DNA from: an uncultured bacterium
GTDB lineage: Bacteria; SAR324; NAC60-12
Assembly: GCA_965662235.1 (NCBI GenBank)
Contig: CBFIGY010000006.1
Coordinates: 45,021 to 109,020, forward strand
Length of the DNA stretch: 64,000 nucleotides
Direction of reading: 5' to 3'
Shown: in pieces, positions 30,035-38,790 of the stretch
Numbering within the stretch: position 1 is the stretch's first letter
Layout of the letters: every line of letters begins with the position of its first letter
Translations under genes and position numbers: made by a program
Notes under the pieces: generated by a model
The model's database searches: none
What the model was told of the DNA's origin: nothing
Seen by the model: only the letters and a program-made list of their open reading frames with translations

Positions 30035-30622
30035 TCAGGGGCGAGTCGTGGTGCTTGCGGGCGGTTTGGGGTTGCCAGAGGCCCCCACCTCGTATCCTTC
30101 TGCTTCCTCCACCCACCAGCGTTCCAAGTAGAAGTGATCCTGCGCCCGCATGGGAGCAAACTCAAAGACACGCTGGTGCCCCGGATTTACCCAAGCCTGC
30201 TCCTTGAGCGGGCTGGACGTCAGTCGGAGGGTCCGGTACTCCATGGTCTTGGGGTCCCACGACAGAAACCCGAGCACCACACGAGCCAGGGCCCACGTTT
30301 CGGCACCATTGGTCAGCCACACCTGCAGGGTCTCTCCACGCAGCTCGCCCAAGGAACCACCAATCTTTTGAGCCGCTTCCGGAGGCAGCTTCTGGTAGCG
30401 TTTACGGGTTTCCAAGGGCGAGCGTTTGGGGTCCGGGTACTTCCGCTCGCACGCCTCAATGATCGCGCTGGCTGCCAAGTCACTCTGCACCCCCTTGAGG
30501 TTCTGGAGCAAGCAATCGTCATAAGTCTGGGTTTGCTGTCCGAGCAAGGCCGGCAGCTGAAGCAGGGCTTCCTGGGCGGGAGCCACCGTGGGAAAAAGGA
30601 GAAGGAGAATCAACAGGCGCAT
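30035..30622 (-). CDS. Hypothetical exported protein
   Basis: Signal peptide; YDDCLLQNLKGVQSDLAASAIIEAC two-Cys helical module. Confidence 0.65.
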   Translation of the reverse strand: MRLLILLLLFPTVAPAQEALLQLPALLGQQTQTYDDCLLQNLKGVQSDLAASAIIEACERKYPDPKRSPLETRKRYQKLPPEAAQKIGGSLGELRGETLQVWLTNGAETWALARVVLGFLSWDPKTMEYRTLRLTSSPLKEQAWVNPGHQRVFEFAPMRAQDHFYLERWWVEEAEGYEVGASGNPKPPASTTTRP

Positions 30623-30695
30623 GAGTGAATTGGGGATTGGGGTTGCGTTCTAAGGTGCATCCTCGATAATCTAACACAAGCTTTGCCAAACCTCA

Positions 30696-31442
30696 GTGCT
30701 CTCAACCATGACGGTCGCTCCTGAAACTCACTCTCTTTTCTGGCTTCAGTGTCCGGCATGCAAGTCGGAGCAGATCCTCCTGCAGGCTGGTTTGGGACAA
30801 ACGGGGGAGCACTTTGTTCGGACCCACTGTACGGCCTGCCACGAACAGGGATTTTTCCAGATTGAAGAAGTCCCCATTGCCGAAAACCAGGTCCTGATTC
30901 CAGAGGTCCTGGAAGTGGTGCAGCGGGAGTGGGGCGAGTGGTATGCCCTCAAGCAGCGCTACCTGCGCCCGTCCGGCGTCCGGCGCCCGGTGTCTCCTTG
31001 GCAGACGCGAGGGCTGTTGCTGCTCCTAGCGACCCTGACCCTGTTTTTCCTCACCCAGCAGCTCTATCAGGTGTGGGGGGTGGGAGAAGACCTGGTCCAG
31101 CGGCAACACGTCATTGAGGACTACCGGGCCCAGCTGGCTTCCACTCAGTGCCTCTCTTCCAGCATGGAGGCCAAGCTCCGGACGGTTCCCATTCATTATG
31201 TTAAGGAGCGCCCGTTTCACCGCAATTTCATCCAGTATGGTGAGGCTGGCGTTTACTGGGGCGAGGAGGCCATCAAGGTCTTTCGCTCGAACTTCTGGTT
31301 CTGGGGCGCCCCCCGCAGCAGCGTCTTGATTGAGACGCTGGTCCATGAAGTCCGGCACCGGGTCAGTCCGGGGCTGGGACACAACGTCCTCTTCCAGGAA
31401 CTGGTGGCCCGAGACACACACTGCGCTCTCAGTCGCTGGTAA
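30696..31442 (+). CDS. Hypothetical protein: Zn-ribbon + TM helix + HExxH zincin-like domain
   Basis: CPAC...CTAC, hydrophobic helix, TLVHEVRHRVSPGLGH. Start may be the ATG at 30708. Confidence 0.65.
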   Translation: MLSTMTVAPETHSLFWLQCPACKSEQILLQAGLGQTGEHFVRTHCTACHEQGFFQIEEVPIAENQVLIPEVLEVVQREWGEWYALKQRYLRPSGVRRPVSPWQTRGLLLLLATLTLFFLTQQLYQVWGVGEDLVQRQHVIEDYRAQLASTQCLSSSMEAKLRTVPIHYVKERPFHRNFIQYGEAGVYWGEEAIKVFRSNFWFWGAPRSSVLIETLVHEVRHRVSPGLGHNVLFQELVARDTHCALSRW

Positions 31443-31466
31443 CCCTGTTCACTTTAGCCAATTGGG

Positions 31467-31664
31467 ATGATGACACGCACACGAGTCCTGCTGGGACTGC
31501 TGCTCTTTGCGACCACCGCCTGCTCCACGAATCCCACCTTCTGGGCTCACCGAAAGAGCGAGTATGGCTACAAGAGTGCGGCGTTTGAGGAATGCGGAAC
31601 CGAGTACCGCGTGAAGGAGTACCGGGAGGAGGAGGTGCTGATTGAGTGCCTGCCCCCGCGCTGA
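31467..31664 (+). CDS. Small hypothetical lipoprotein
   Basis: Basic N-terminus, hydrophobic core, TTAC lipobox-like motif, two further Cys. Confidence 0.6.
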   Translation: MMTRTRVLLGLLLFATTACSTNPTFWAHRKSEYGYKSAAFEECGTEYRVKEYREEEVLIECLPPR

Positions 31665-31988
31665 TCAGGCGGCAGAGAGGGAGTGAAACAGTTCCAGCTG
31701 CTCTGTTCCATCCGGAGGAAGGAAGGCGAAGCGGGACTGCTCCGTGCTGGGACGCTGCAGGCGTTCGTAGCCCTGCTTGAGCCGGTTCCGGTGCAGCTCA
31801 AGGACCTTGCGCAAGGCGACCTCGCGCTCGGTAAACCACAGGCTCCGGGATCGTCCCCGGGCGCCCAAGGCCCCCCAGCGAAGTCGAACCAGCCAGCACA
31901 GCCGCCCCTGCTCCGGAATCGACTCCTGCCAGCTGATGCGATAGAACCGCGCGCTCCCGGGAGCCCGCAGTTCATAGTAAAGGTGCAT
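31665..31988 (-). CDS. Stand-alone WGR-domain protein
   Basis: ARFYRISW...LRWGALGARG...RLKQGY pattern. Confidence 0.7.
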   Translation of the reverse strand: MHLYYELRAPGSARFYRISWQESIPEQGRLCWLVRLRWGALGARGRSRSLWFTEREVALRKVLELHRNRLKQGYERLQRPSTEQSRFAFLPPDGTEQLELFHSLSAA

Positions 31989-31997
31989 GACGCCTTC

Positions 31998-32093
31998 CTA
32001 GCCGCGGATGTCCATGAACGTGAAGTACATCACAGGCAACACCCACAGTATGTGAACTCCGGCGAAAATCATCGCCATGATCTGTCCATCCAT
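31998..32093 (-). CDS. 31-aa hydrophobic small protein (not in ORF track)
   Basis: MDGQIMAMIFAGVHILWVLPVMYFTFMDIRG* with a GAGGAG RBS 5 nt upstream. Confidence 0.6.
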   Translation of the reverse strand: MDGQIMAMIFAGVHILWVLPVMYFTFMDIRG

Positions 32094-32118
32094 GTTAGCT
32101 CCTCAGAGAGAACAAACG

Positions 32119-32472
32119 TTATTTGAAAAATGAGGGCAGTATCTGCGGCTGCGGGCGGTTGTCTTCCGGGTAGATGGAATGGCTCGGCAGCTTGGGAGAC
32201 TGAGGGGGTACATACTTCGCTTGAGGCGGCTTCGGCTTGTTGATGATCGACTGGTACACCGCTAAGTCCCGGACCTGACGGGAAAACTGGGAACCGTTGT
32301 CCTGAGGTCGCGGATTCGCCTGGTACACGGTCTCCTGTGCAGTCAGAAGCGCACCGTTGACCAAAGCCAGGGTTGCCACTCCACCAACAATCCACCTCCA
32401 CTTCAATGCGTTCACCCGTTTCGGTACGTTAACGTTCTTGGAAAAAATCCGCCTTGCGGCTCGGGCGTGCAT
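32119..32472 (-). CDS. Hypothetical membrane-anchored Pro/Gln-rich protein; start uncertain
   Basis: One hydrophobic helix and a Pro-rich tail; fills the gap before the divergent trmFO. Confidence 0.5.
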   Translation of the reverse strand: MHARAARRIFSKNVNVPKRVNALKWRWIVGGVATLALVNGALLTAQETVYQANPRPQDNGSQFSRQVRDLAVYQSIINKPKPPQAKYVPPQSPKLPSHSIYPEDNRPQPQILPSFFK

Positions 32473-32524
32473 TGCCTAAAATTTCGAGCCATTTAAGAGC
32501 AATTATCGAAGAACTGCAAGCCCG

Positions 32525-33868
32525 ATGCCTTTACCCACATCCTCACCCATTGCTGTCGTTGGAGCCGGACTCGCTGGCTCCGAAGCCACCTGGCAGATGG
32601 CCCAAGCCGGTCTCCAGGTGGACCTGTATGAAATGCGTCCTCACCGCATGACACCGGCCCACAAGACCTCCGGATGCGCGGAGCTCGTCTGCAGCAACTC
32701 CTTCAAGAGCCGTTCGGTGGAAAACGCCCACGGCCTCCTGAAGGCAGAACTGGCATTGCACGACTCCCTCATCCTTGAGGCGGGCGAGCGTTTTTCTGTC
32801 CCTGCAGGGCAGGCCCTTGCAATTGACCGGGAGCCCTTCTCCCAGTACGTCACCGAGCAACTGGAGGCGCACCCGAAGGTCACCCTCCGTCGCGAAGAAG
32901 TCCAGGATCTCTCTGTGTTGCTGGATGCTTACGCCTGTGTCTTGCTGGCCACGGGTCCTTTGACTTCGGACGCACTGGCACAGTCTCTTGCCTCGCTTCT
33001 TGGCACCGAGACCCTCTCCTTTTACGACGCCATTGCCCCCGTCGTTTTGGCCGATTCGGTGGACACGACCATCGCTTTCCGGGCCTCCCGCTATGGAAAA
33101 GGGGACGCAGACTACCTGAACTGCCCCATGGATCAGGAGCAGTACCACCGCTTCATCACCGCTGTTCAGGAAGCCGACAAGGTTCCCATGCATCAGTTTG
33201 AGGACACCCGTCCCTTTGAGGGGTGCCTCCCCATTGAGGTCATGGTGGAACGGGGAGTCGAGACGCTTCGCTTTGGCCCCATGAAGCCGGTGGGATTGGA
33301 ACATCCTGAAACCGGCAAATCCTTCCACGCCGTGGTGCAGCTTCGGCAAGAAAATGCGGTGGGCTCCCTCTACAACCTAGTTGGGTTTCAGACCAAAATG
33401 ACCTGGACTGCTCAGGAGAAAGTCTTCCGCCTGATTCCGGGACTGGAGCAGGCCGAATTTGTCCGCCTAGGCTCCATCCACCGGAACACCTTCATCTGCA
33501 GCCCAGAGCTGCTCACCCCGCGTCTGCATCTGAAAAAAGAGCCTCGTCTTTTTTTCGCCGGACAAATTACGGGCGTCGAAGGTTACATGGAATCGACGAC
33601 CACTGGGGCGTTGGCGGCGCGGCAGATCATCGCCCGTCTGACGGAACAAGAGGAGTTGCCTCCGCCCCCCACGACCATGAGCGGTGCCCTCATCCGCTAC
33701 ATCACAGAAGCGGCGCCCGAAACCTTCCAGCCCATGAACGCCAACTTTGGCCTGCTTGATCCCCCGGAGCGCAAGGTCCCCAAACGCCTGCGTAAGGCCT
33801 TTTACGCGGAACGCGCCCTCAGTACGGCTCGTCAGCACTGGAACCTCTCTGAATCCCTCTCTACCTGA
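32525..33868 (+). CDS. trmFO: Methylenetetrahydrofolate--tRNA-(uracil-5-)-methyltransferase TrmFO
   Basis: VGAGLAGSEA, AELVCSNS, FGPMKPVGL, HRNTF, AGQITGVEGY, FQPMNANFG motifs. Confidence 0.97.
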   Translation: MPLPTSSPIAVVGAGLAGSEATWQMAQAGLQVDLYEMRPHRMTPAHKTSGCAELVCSNSFKSRSVENAHGLLKAELALHDSLILEAGERFSVPAGQALAIDREPFSQYVTEQLEAHPKVTLRREEVQDLSVLLDAYACVLLATGPLTSDALAQSLASLLGTETLSFYDAIAPVVLADSVDTTIAFRASRYGKGDADYLNCPMDQEQYHRFITAVQEADKVPMHQFEDTRPFEGCLPIEVMVERGVETLRFGPMKPVGLEHPETGKSFHAVVQLRQENAVGSLYNLVGFQTKMTWTAQEKVFRLIPGLEQAEFVRLGSIHRNTFICSPELLTPRLHLKKEPRLFFAGQITGVEGYMESTTTGALAARQIIARLTEQEELPPPPTTMSGALIRYITEAAPETFQPMNANFGLLDPPERKVPKRLRKAFYAERALSTARQHWNLSESLST

Positions 33869-33871
33869 ATC

Positions 33872-34705
33872 GTGAGCACTCCTTTCCTCAGAGGCGTTGG
33901 CCTCGGGCTAGTGCTTCTGCTCTTCCTCTGCAGCCTGGTCTCTGCCCAAGAGATTGGAACGCTGGAGTTGGTTCAGGGCAGCGTGCGGCTCAAACGAACC
34001 AGTCATTCGGAAATTCTAAAAGAGCCTGGAACCGTCAAAAACCTCTTCCGGAGTGACACCCTGCAGACGGGTCCTGAGACCGTGGTCCGGGTGGAACTCA
34101 ACGATAAGGAAGATGAAGTGGAACTGCGTTCCAACTCCTACCTGGAACTGTCGGACATTGCCCCAGCGACCACGACCGTCAAGCTGCTGACGGGCAAAGC
34201 GGGCTTCAAGGTTTCTCGACTCGGACGCATTGAAGGGCAGCGCAACTTCCGGGTCCGCACCGTTCACGCGGTGGTTGGCGTTCGGGGAACCGAGTTTGTG
34301 ATGGGCGTCTCTGGAACGCAAACCAGCGTCCTCACTTTGGATGGACTGGTGGGGCTGGCGAGCATCGAAGCTCCGGAAGTGGTTGTTGACGTGAGTCCTG
34401 GAACCGCGTCCACGGTTCAGGTGGGGTATGGCGCAACGCCTCCGGTCCCTGTTGCTCCCGAAGCTCAGGGGGAAATCCTCCGATCGGAATCACCGGAGGT
34501 CTTTCAGGCCACGGTTCCGTTTGGACCGCCGCCGCCGCTGGGAACGCCGCCGCCTTCCGAGCGTCCTCAAGAGGGCGCTGCTGAACCTCCACCGGGACCG
34601 CCCCCCCTGGACGATCGCCTCCTCGATGGTGTCAAGGACGCCGTTGATCGGATTCCTGCACCGAGCTCAGGCGGTGGGGTGCGTTTCAAACTGGAGGTCC
34701 AATGA
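33872..34705 (+). CDS. Exported FecR-domain protein
   Basis: Signal peptide, DTLQTG, FRVRTVHAVVGVRGTEF, Pro-rich linker. Confidence 0.85.
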   Translation: MSTPFLRGVGLGLVLLLFLCSLVSAQEIGTLELVQGSVRLKRTSHSEILKEPGTVKNLFRSDTLQTGPETVVRVELNDKEDEVELRSNSYLELSDIAPATTTVKLLTGKAGFKVSRLGRIEGQRNFRVRTVHAVVGVRGTEFVMGVSGTQTSVLTLDGLVGLASIEAPEVVVDVSPGTASTVQVGYGATPPVPVAPEAQGEILRSESPEVFQATVPFGPPPPLGTPPPSERPQEGAAEPPPGPPPLDDRLLDGVKDAVDRIPAPSSGGGVRFKLEVQ

Positions 34706-35691
34706 ACCTCGTGTCACGGATGCTCCTGCTGGGAAGCTTCTTGGTACTCGGCCTTACCGGATGCGGAGGGCCTGAGGATTCCGGAGACCTGAAGACCGTT
34801 GCGGTCACAGCACAACTGACGTCCCCCGCGCAACTGACTCCTGTAGGGGCAGTCCGGACCAACCAGAAGTCCCTGTTTGCTGATGACGTTCAGGCCGCTT
34901 TCGCGATAGCCATTACCGAGCAAACCGAGCTTTCCAGTATTGGTCCCAATTCGCCCGTCCAAGCGTCTGGACCTGTTGCCGCGGACAATACGGTAACCCT
35001 GTCGGTGCCCATCAACACCTCGCTGCGTTTGGTCGTCGGAGGCTTTGCGGAGCCTGTCCAGACCCTGGAAGAGGCCCTAAGTAATAGCCCTGTTGCGGTG
35101 TACACCTCCAGCATCTTCCAGGTGGGAGCCAGCACCAAGGAGCTCACCCTGCTCCTGACGCAGGTCCCTGCCTCCACGACAGAGGACATAAACGACAATA
35201 CCTCGACACCCATTACGGACAATCTGACAGACAACGTTTCCCTGCAGGCAGCGTTTTACCTTGAGGGCTGTTCCGAGCTTGGCTTGGACCTGATTGCGTC
35301 GGACAACACGACTCCGGCGTCCGATTTTCAATTCCCCATCATTTTTTCTGAGTCCATGGACAACACGACGATTCGTCCCAGTTCAGATTGCACACAGGAC
35401 GCGGTGCAGCTGCTGCAGAGCGACTCTTGCCTTTCCTTCAATCCCGAATTCATCTCCGTGCCGCTTCCTCAAGAAGTTAAGGCGCTGTTGCCTTTTATCC
35501 CTCCGGACAATCAGAGTGCCTTTATCTACACCATGAACACCCTGAGCCCCGGAAACTACACGGTCCACATCAACACCCAGGCGAAAAGCATCTTTGGCCG
35601 GACCCTGAGCGAGTCCCAAGCTTGGCCGGTTACCTTGGTTGCCGATAATGGCTCCGATGCGGGCTGTCGTTACTTTTCCTTCCAACCCTGA
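34702..35691 (+). CDS. Lipoprotein with C-terminal Ig-like (Big_5-like) region and repeated D-N-x-S/T motifs
   Basis: Lipobox LTGC; IIFSESMDNTTI and LSPGNYTVHI...AKSIFGRTL segments typical of Big_5-like domains. Confidence 0.7.
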   Translation: MNLVSRMLLLGSFLVLGLTGCGGPEDSGDLKTVAVTAQLTSPAQLTPVGAVRTNQKSLFADDVQAAFAIAITEQTELSSIGPNSPVQASGPVAADNTVTLSVPINTSLRLVVGGFAEPVQTLEEALSNSPVAVYTSSIFQVGASTKELTLLLTQVPASTTEDINDNTSTPITDNLTDNVSLQAAFYLEGCSELGLDLIASDNTTPASDFQFPIIFSESMDNTTIRPSSDCTQDAVQLLQSDSCLSFNPEFISVPLPQEVKALLPFIPPDNQSAFIYTMNTLSPGNYTVHINTQAKSIFGRTLSESQAWPVTLVADNGSDAGCRYFSFQP

Positions 35692-35694
35692 CTC

Positions 35695-36900
35695 ATGCGC
35701 ACGGTTTTTCTTCCGCACTGGATTTGGCTGCTGTTGCTGTTGGGGGGGCTGGGGCACTGGCGAGTGGCTTGGGCTCAGGACACTCCCGTCGGCATGGGAA
35801 GCCTACTGATCATTGCTTTCTCTCCGGAAGAAACTCAGCAGGAGCAGCTGGATCTGACCATCCGGGTCAGTGGCTTTTCTCCAATCCAGCAGCTGCGCTT
35901 CAACGGACGAGCGCTTCAGTTTGAAGGGGCTGGCACGGTGGATGAGCTGGAGGTGACGATTCCAGTGACGCTGGAGCCGGGAGAGAATGACTTTCGTTTT
36001 GAAGCCGTCAGCGCCCAACAGACGCAGCAAAAGGAGTGGAGCATCTTCCGGGAGACCGCAGACGTGAAGCGTCTCGAAGGCCCCCGCCAAACCTGGAACT
36101 GGATCACTCTGCTGGAACGGTCTGTGGACAGCAACGCCGAAAGTGTCCCTGACTCAGAAGAGGCCACCGTTGGGGAGCAGTGGCGCCTCACTTTTGTCCC
36201 ACGCTGGACGCACCGTTTTTCCCACCGTTCTCAGGTAAGTGCCCAAGGACTTTTTACCGAAAACCGCTTTGACAACCGGGACCTCGTTGGTCAAGAATCT
36301 CGACTGCTGCGTTTGGGAGGTGAGTGGCAGTATGGGCAGGCTGAGTCCGGACGCTGGAACACCACCTTCAGCTGGCAGGAAACTCGGGCAGACAGTCAGG
36401 TCTCTGAACGGACCCTCATTGGCAGCATCAGCTGGCAGACTCAGCCTACGTCCGGTTGGGGCGGTGGCTTGACCTGGGAACGTCAGGTGCTCGAAGGCGC
36501 CAGCGATTCCGGAAAGCAGGGGCGAGAAGATACCCTCACTTGGGACTATGCCTGGATCCGGGACGGCTTCCGGCTCACCGGGACGCTCTCTGGCGCCCTC
36601 AAGGACTACGCGGAAGCGACCAACGACCTGACCGAATACGGGACCTCGGTAAAAACCACCTGGACTCTTGGGGCCTGGACTCCGAAACTGAGCTATGCGG
36701 CCACCCAGAGTAACTACCACGAAGCCGAGGAAACTCCGGAACAGAGTTTGGAGCACACTCTGACCACCGCCGTGCAGTGGAAGGCCTGGCCGACGCTGCT
36801 GTTTGAGCTCAGTGCCAAGCTGCAGCAAAATGATTCCAATCTTTCCAATGTGGAGTACCAAAAATCCGTCATTGGCCTGACCACGACCTGGATTCTGTAA
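35695..36900 (+). CDS. Putative outer-membrane beta-barrel protein with N-terminal Ig-like domain
   Basis: Signal peptide, VTLEPGENDF Ig-like strand, amphipathic aromatic-rich strands, C-terminal NDSNLSNVEYQKSVIGLTTTWIL. Confidence 0.65.
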   Translation: MRTVFLPHWIWLLLLLGGLGHWRVAWAQDTPVGMGSLLIIAFSPEETQQEQLDLTIRVSGFSPIQQLRFNGRALQFEGAGTVDELEVTIPVTLEPGENDFRFEAVSAQQTQQKEWSIFRETADVKRLEGPRQTWNWITLLERSVDSNAESVPDSEEATVGEQWRLTFVPRWTHRFSHRSQVSAQGLFTENRFDNRDLVGQESRLLRLGGEWQYGQAESGRWNTTFSWQETRADSQVSERTLIGSISWQTQPTSGWGGGLTWERQVLEGASDSGKQGREDTLTWDYAWIRDGFRLTGTLSGALKDYAEATNDLTEYGTSVKTTWTLGAWTPKLSYAATQSNYHEAEETPEQSLEHTLTTAVQWKAWPTLLFELSAKLQQNDSNLSNVEYQKSVIGLTTTWIL

Positions 36901-37337
36901 TGCGCCTCAAGCTCAAATGCCACTACCCAGAAGTCACCGTTCCCACGCGCGGACACGCTTCTGACGCAGGCCTCGACCTGACAGCCTACCGAGTGGAACC
37001 CAAGACCGAGACCGTGTTCCTCTTCGATACCGGTATTTCGGTGCAACCGGAACCCGGCTTCTATACGGAAGTTGTGCCCCGCTCCAGTGTGATGAAGACC
37101 AACTTCATGCTGGCCAACAGCGTGGGCATCATTGACCCGGACTATCGCGGGCGCATCCTGGTGCCGCTCCGCTACCTGGGCGCTGGAGACGGTGCGGCAG
37201 AGGCTCAGGAGCTGCTGGGGCAACGCATTGCGCAGTTGCTGATCCGACGCTTGGAGCCCTGCACCCTAGAGGTCGTTGAGGAGCTGGACGATTCTGTCCG
37301 GGGCACCGGCGGTTTCGGGAGCACCGGCACCCACTGA
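36900..37337 (+). CDS. dut: dUTP pyrophosphatase
   Basis: AGLDL, PRSS, GIIDPDYRG, RIAQL, RGTGGFGSTG motifs. Confidence 0.96.
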   Translation: MRLKLKCHYPEVTVPTRGHASDAGLDLTAYRVEPKTETVFLFDTGISVQPEPGFYTEVVPRSSVMKTNFMLANSVGIIDPDYRGRILVPLRYLGAGDGAAEAQELLGQRIAQLLIRRLEPCTLEVVEELDDSVRGTGGFGSTGTH

Positions 37338-37368
37338 ATTTTCCTGTATTCCCCCTCTGTTTTTTCAC

Positions 37369-38787
37369 ATGACTCACCCCCTCAGCCACATTCACTTTTC
37401 CGGCATCTGCGGAACCGCCATGGCTTCTCTGGCCGTCCTGCTGCATCACCGCGGGCACCGCATCACCGGTTCCGACCAAAACGTGTACCCTCCCATGAGC
37501 GACCTGCTGGCGTCAGAAGGCATTCCGGTCGCCAGCGGATATGCTGCCGAGAACCTGCAGGACCGCCCGGACCTCGTGGTCATTGGCAACGCCCTCTCTC
37601 GGGGCAACCCGGAGGTCGAAGCAGCACTGGCCCAGAAGCTCCGTTACGTTTCCATGGCCGAGCTGCTCAAGGAACACTTCATCCGGGGCGCCACCTCCCT
37701 GGTGGTCACCGGCACCCACGGCAAGACCACGACAACGTCTCTACTCGCCTGGACCCTGCTGCACGCCGGTTGTGATCCCGGATTCCTCATTGGAGGCATT
37801 GCCCGGAACCTCAAAACCAGCTGCCGGGAAGGGCAAGGAGGCTTCTTTGTGACGGAAGGAGACGAGTACGACACCGCCTTCTTCGACAAGCGCTCCAAGT
37901 TCTTCCACTACCTCCCCGACCAGCTCATCCTCAACAACCTGGAGTTTGACCATGCCGACATCTTCGGGTCACTGGAAGAGATCCTGCGGTCGTTCCGGCT
38001 GCTCCTGCGGCTGGTTCCAGAGACCGGACTGATTGTAGCCAATGGCGACGACCCGAACGTTCAGGAGGTGGTCACACACGCGTTTTCGCCTGTGGTGACC
38101 TTTGGAACCGGAGAGGCCTGTGACGTCCGGGCGCAGGAGCTGACGCTTTCGAGTGAGGGAGAGGAAACAGGGACTCGGTTTGTCGTGACCCAAAACGGCA
38201 CGTCTGCGGAGTTCTTTTTGCCGCTTCTGGGGGAACACAATGTCCGAAATGCACTGGGGGTGATTGTCCTAGCACGCCACAACGGCCTTTCCGATGCTCA
38301 GATTCAGGCCGCCTTCCAGGCGTTTGAGGGCATCAAGCGCCGTTTGGAGCTCCGGGGCGTTGCAGACGGCGTGACCGTTTATGATGACTTTGCGCACCAC
38401 CCCACCGCCATCCGGGAAACCCTTGCCGCTGTGCGCTTGAAGCATCCGGACCAGCGATGCATCGCCATCTTTGAGCCCCGCTCCAACACTAGCGTTCTCA
38501 AGGTTCACCAGCCTGAGCTGGAGCACGCCTTTGGGGCTGCGGACGCGGTTATTTTGACGGTTCCTCACCGTCAGGAACGAATTCCGGCGGAGAAGCGGCT
38601 CGACATCGAAGCGGTGGTGCAGAGCCTTCAGCATCAGGGAAAAACGGCAGAAGCCTTTCCTGGAGTGCCGGAAATTGTGACGCACCTGACGGAACAGGCT
38701 CGTCCGGGAGACGTTTTGATTGTGATGAGCAACGGCGGTTTTGGCGGAATCCACACGTTGCTGCTAGACGCGCTCGCTCAGCGTTAA
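37369..38787 (+). CDS. mpl: Murein peptide ligase Mpl
   Basis: HFSGICGTAM, YPPMS, GTHGKTTT, DEYDTAFFDKRSKF, DDFAHHPTAI, MSNGGFGG motifs. Confidence 0.96.
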   Translation: MTHPLSHIHFSGICGTAMASLAVLLHHRGHRITGSDQNVYPPMSDLLASEGIPVASGYAAENLQDRPDLVVIGNALSRGNPEVEAALAQKLRYVSMAELLKEHFIRGATSLVVTGTHGKTTTTSLLAWTLLHAGCDPGFLIGGIARNLKTSCREGQGGFFVTEGDEYDTAFFDKRSKFFHYLPDQLILNNLEFDHADIFGSLEEILRSFRLLLRLVPETGLIVANGDDPNVQEVVTHAFSPVVTFGTGEACDVRAQELTLSSEGEETGTRFVVTQNGTSAEFFLPLLGEHNVRNALGVIVLARHNGLSDAQIQAAFQAFEGIKRRLELRGVADGVTVYDDFAHHPTAIRETLAAVRLKHPDQRCIAIFEPRSNTSVLKVHQPELEHAFGAADAVILTVPHRQERIPAEKRLDIEAVVQSLQHQGKTAEAFPGVPEIVTHLTEQARPGDVLIVMSNGGFGGIHTLLLDALAQR

Positions 38788-38790
38788 ACG

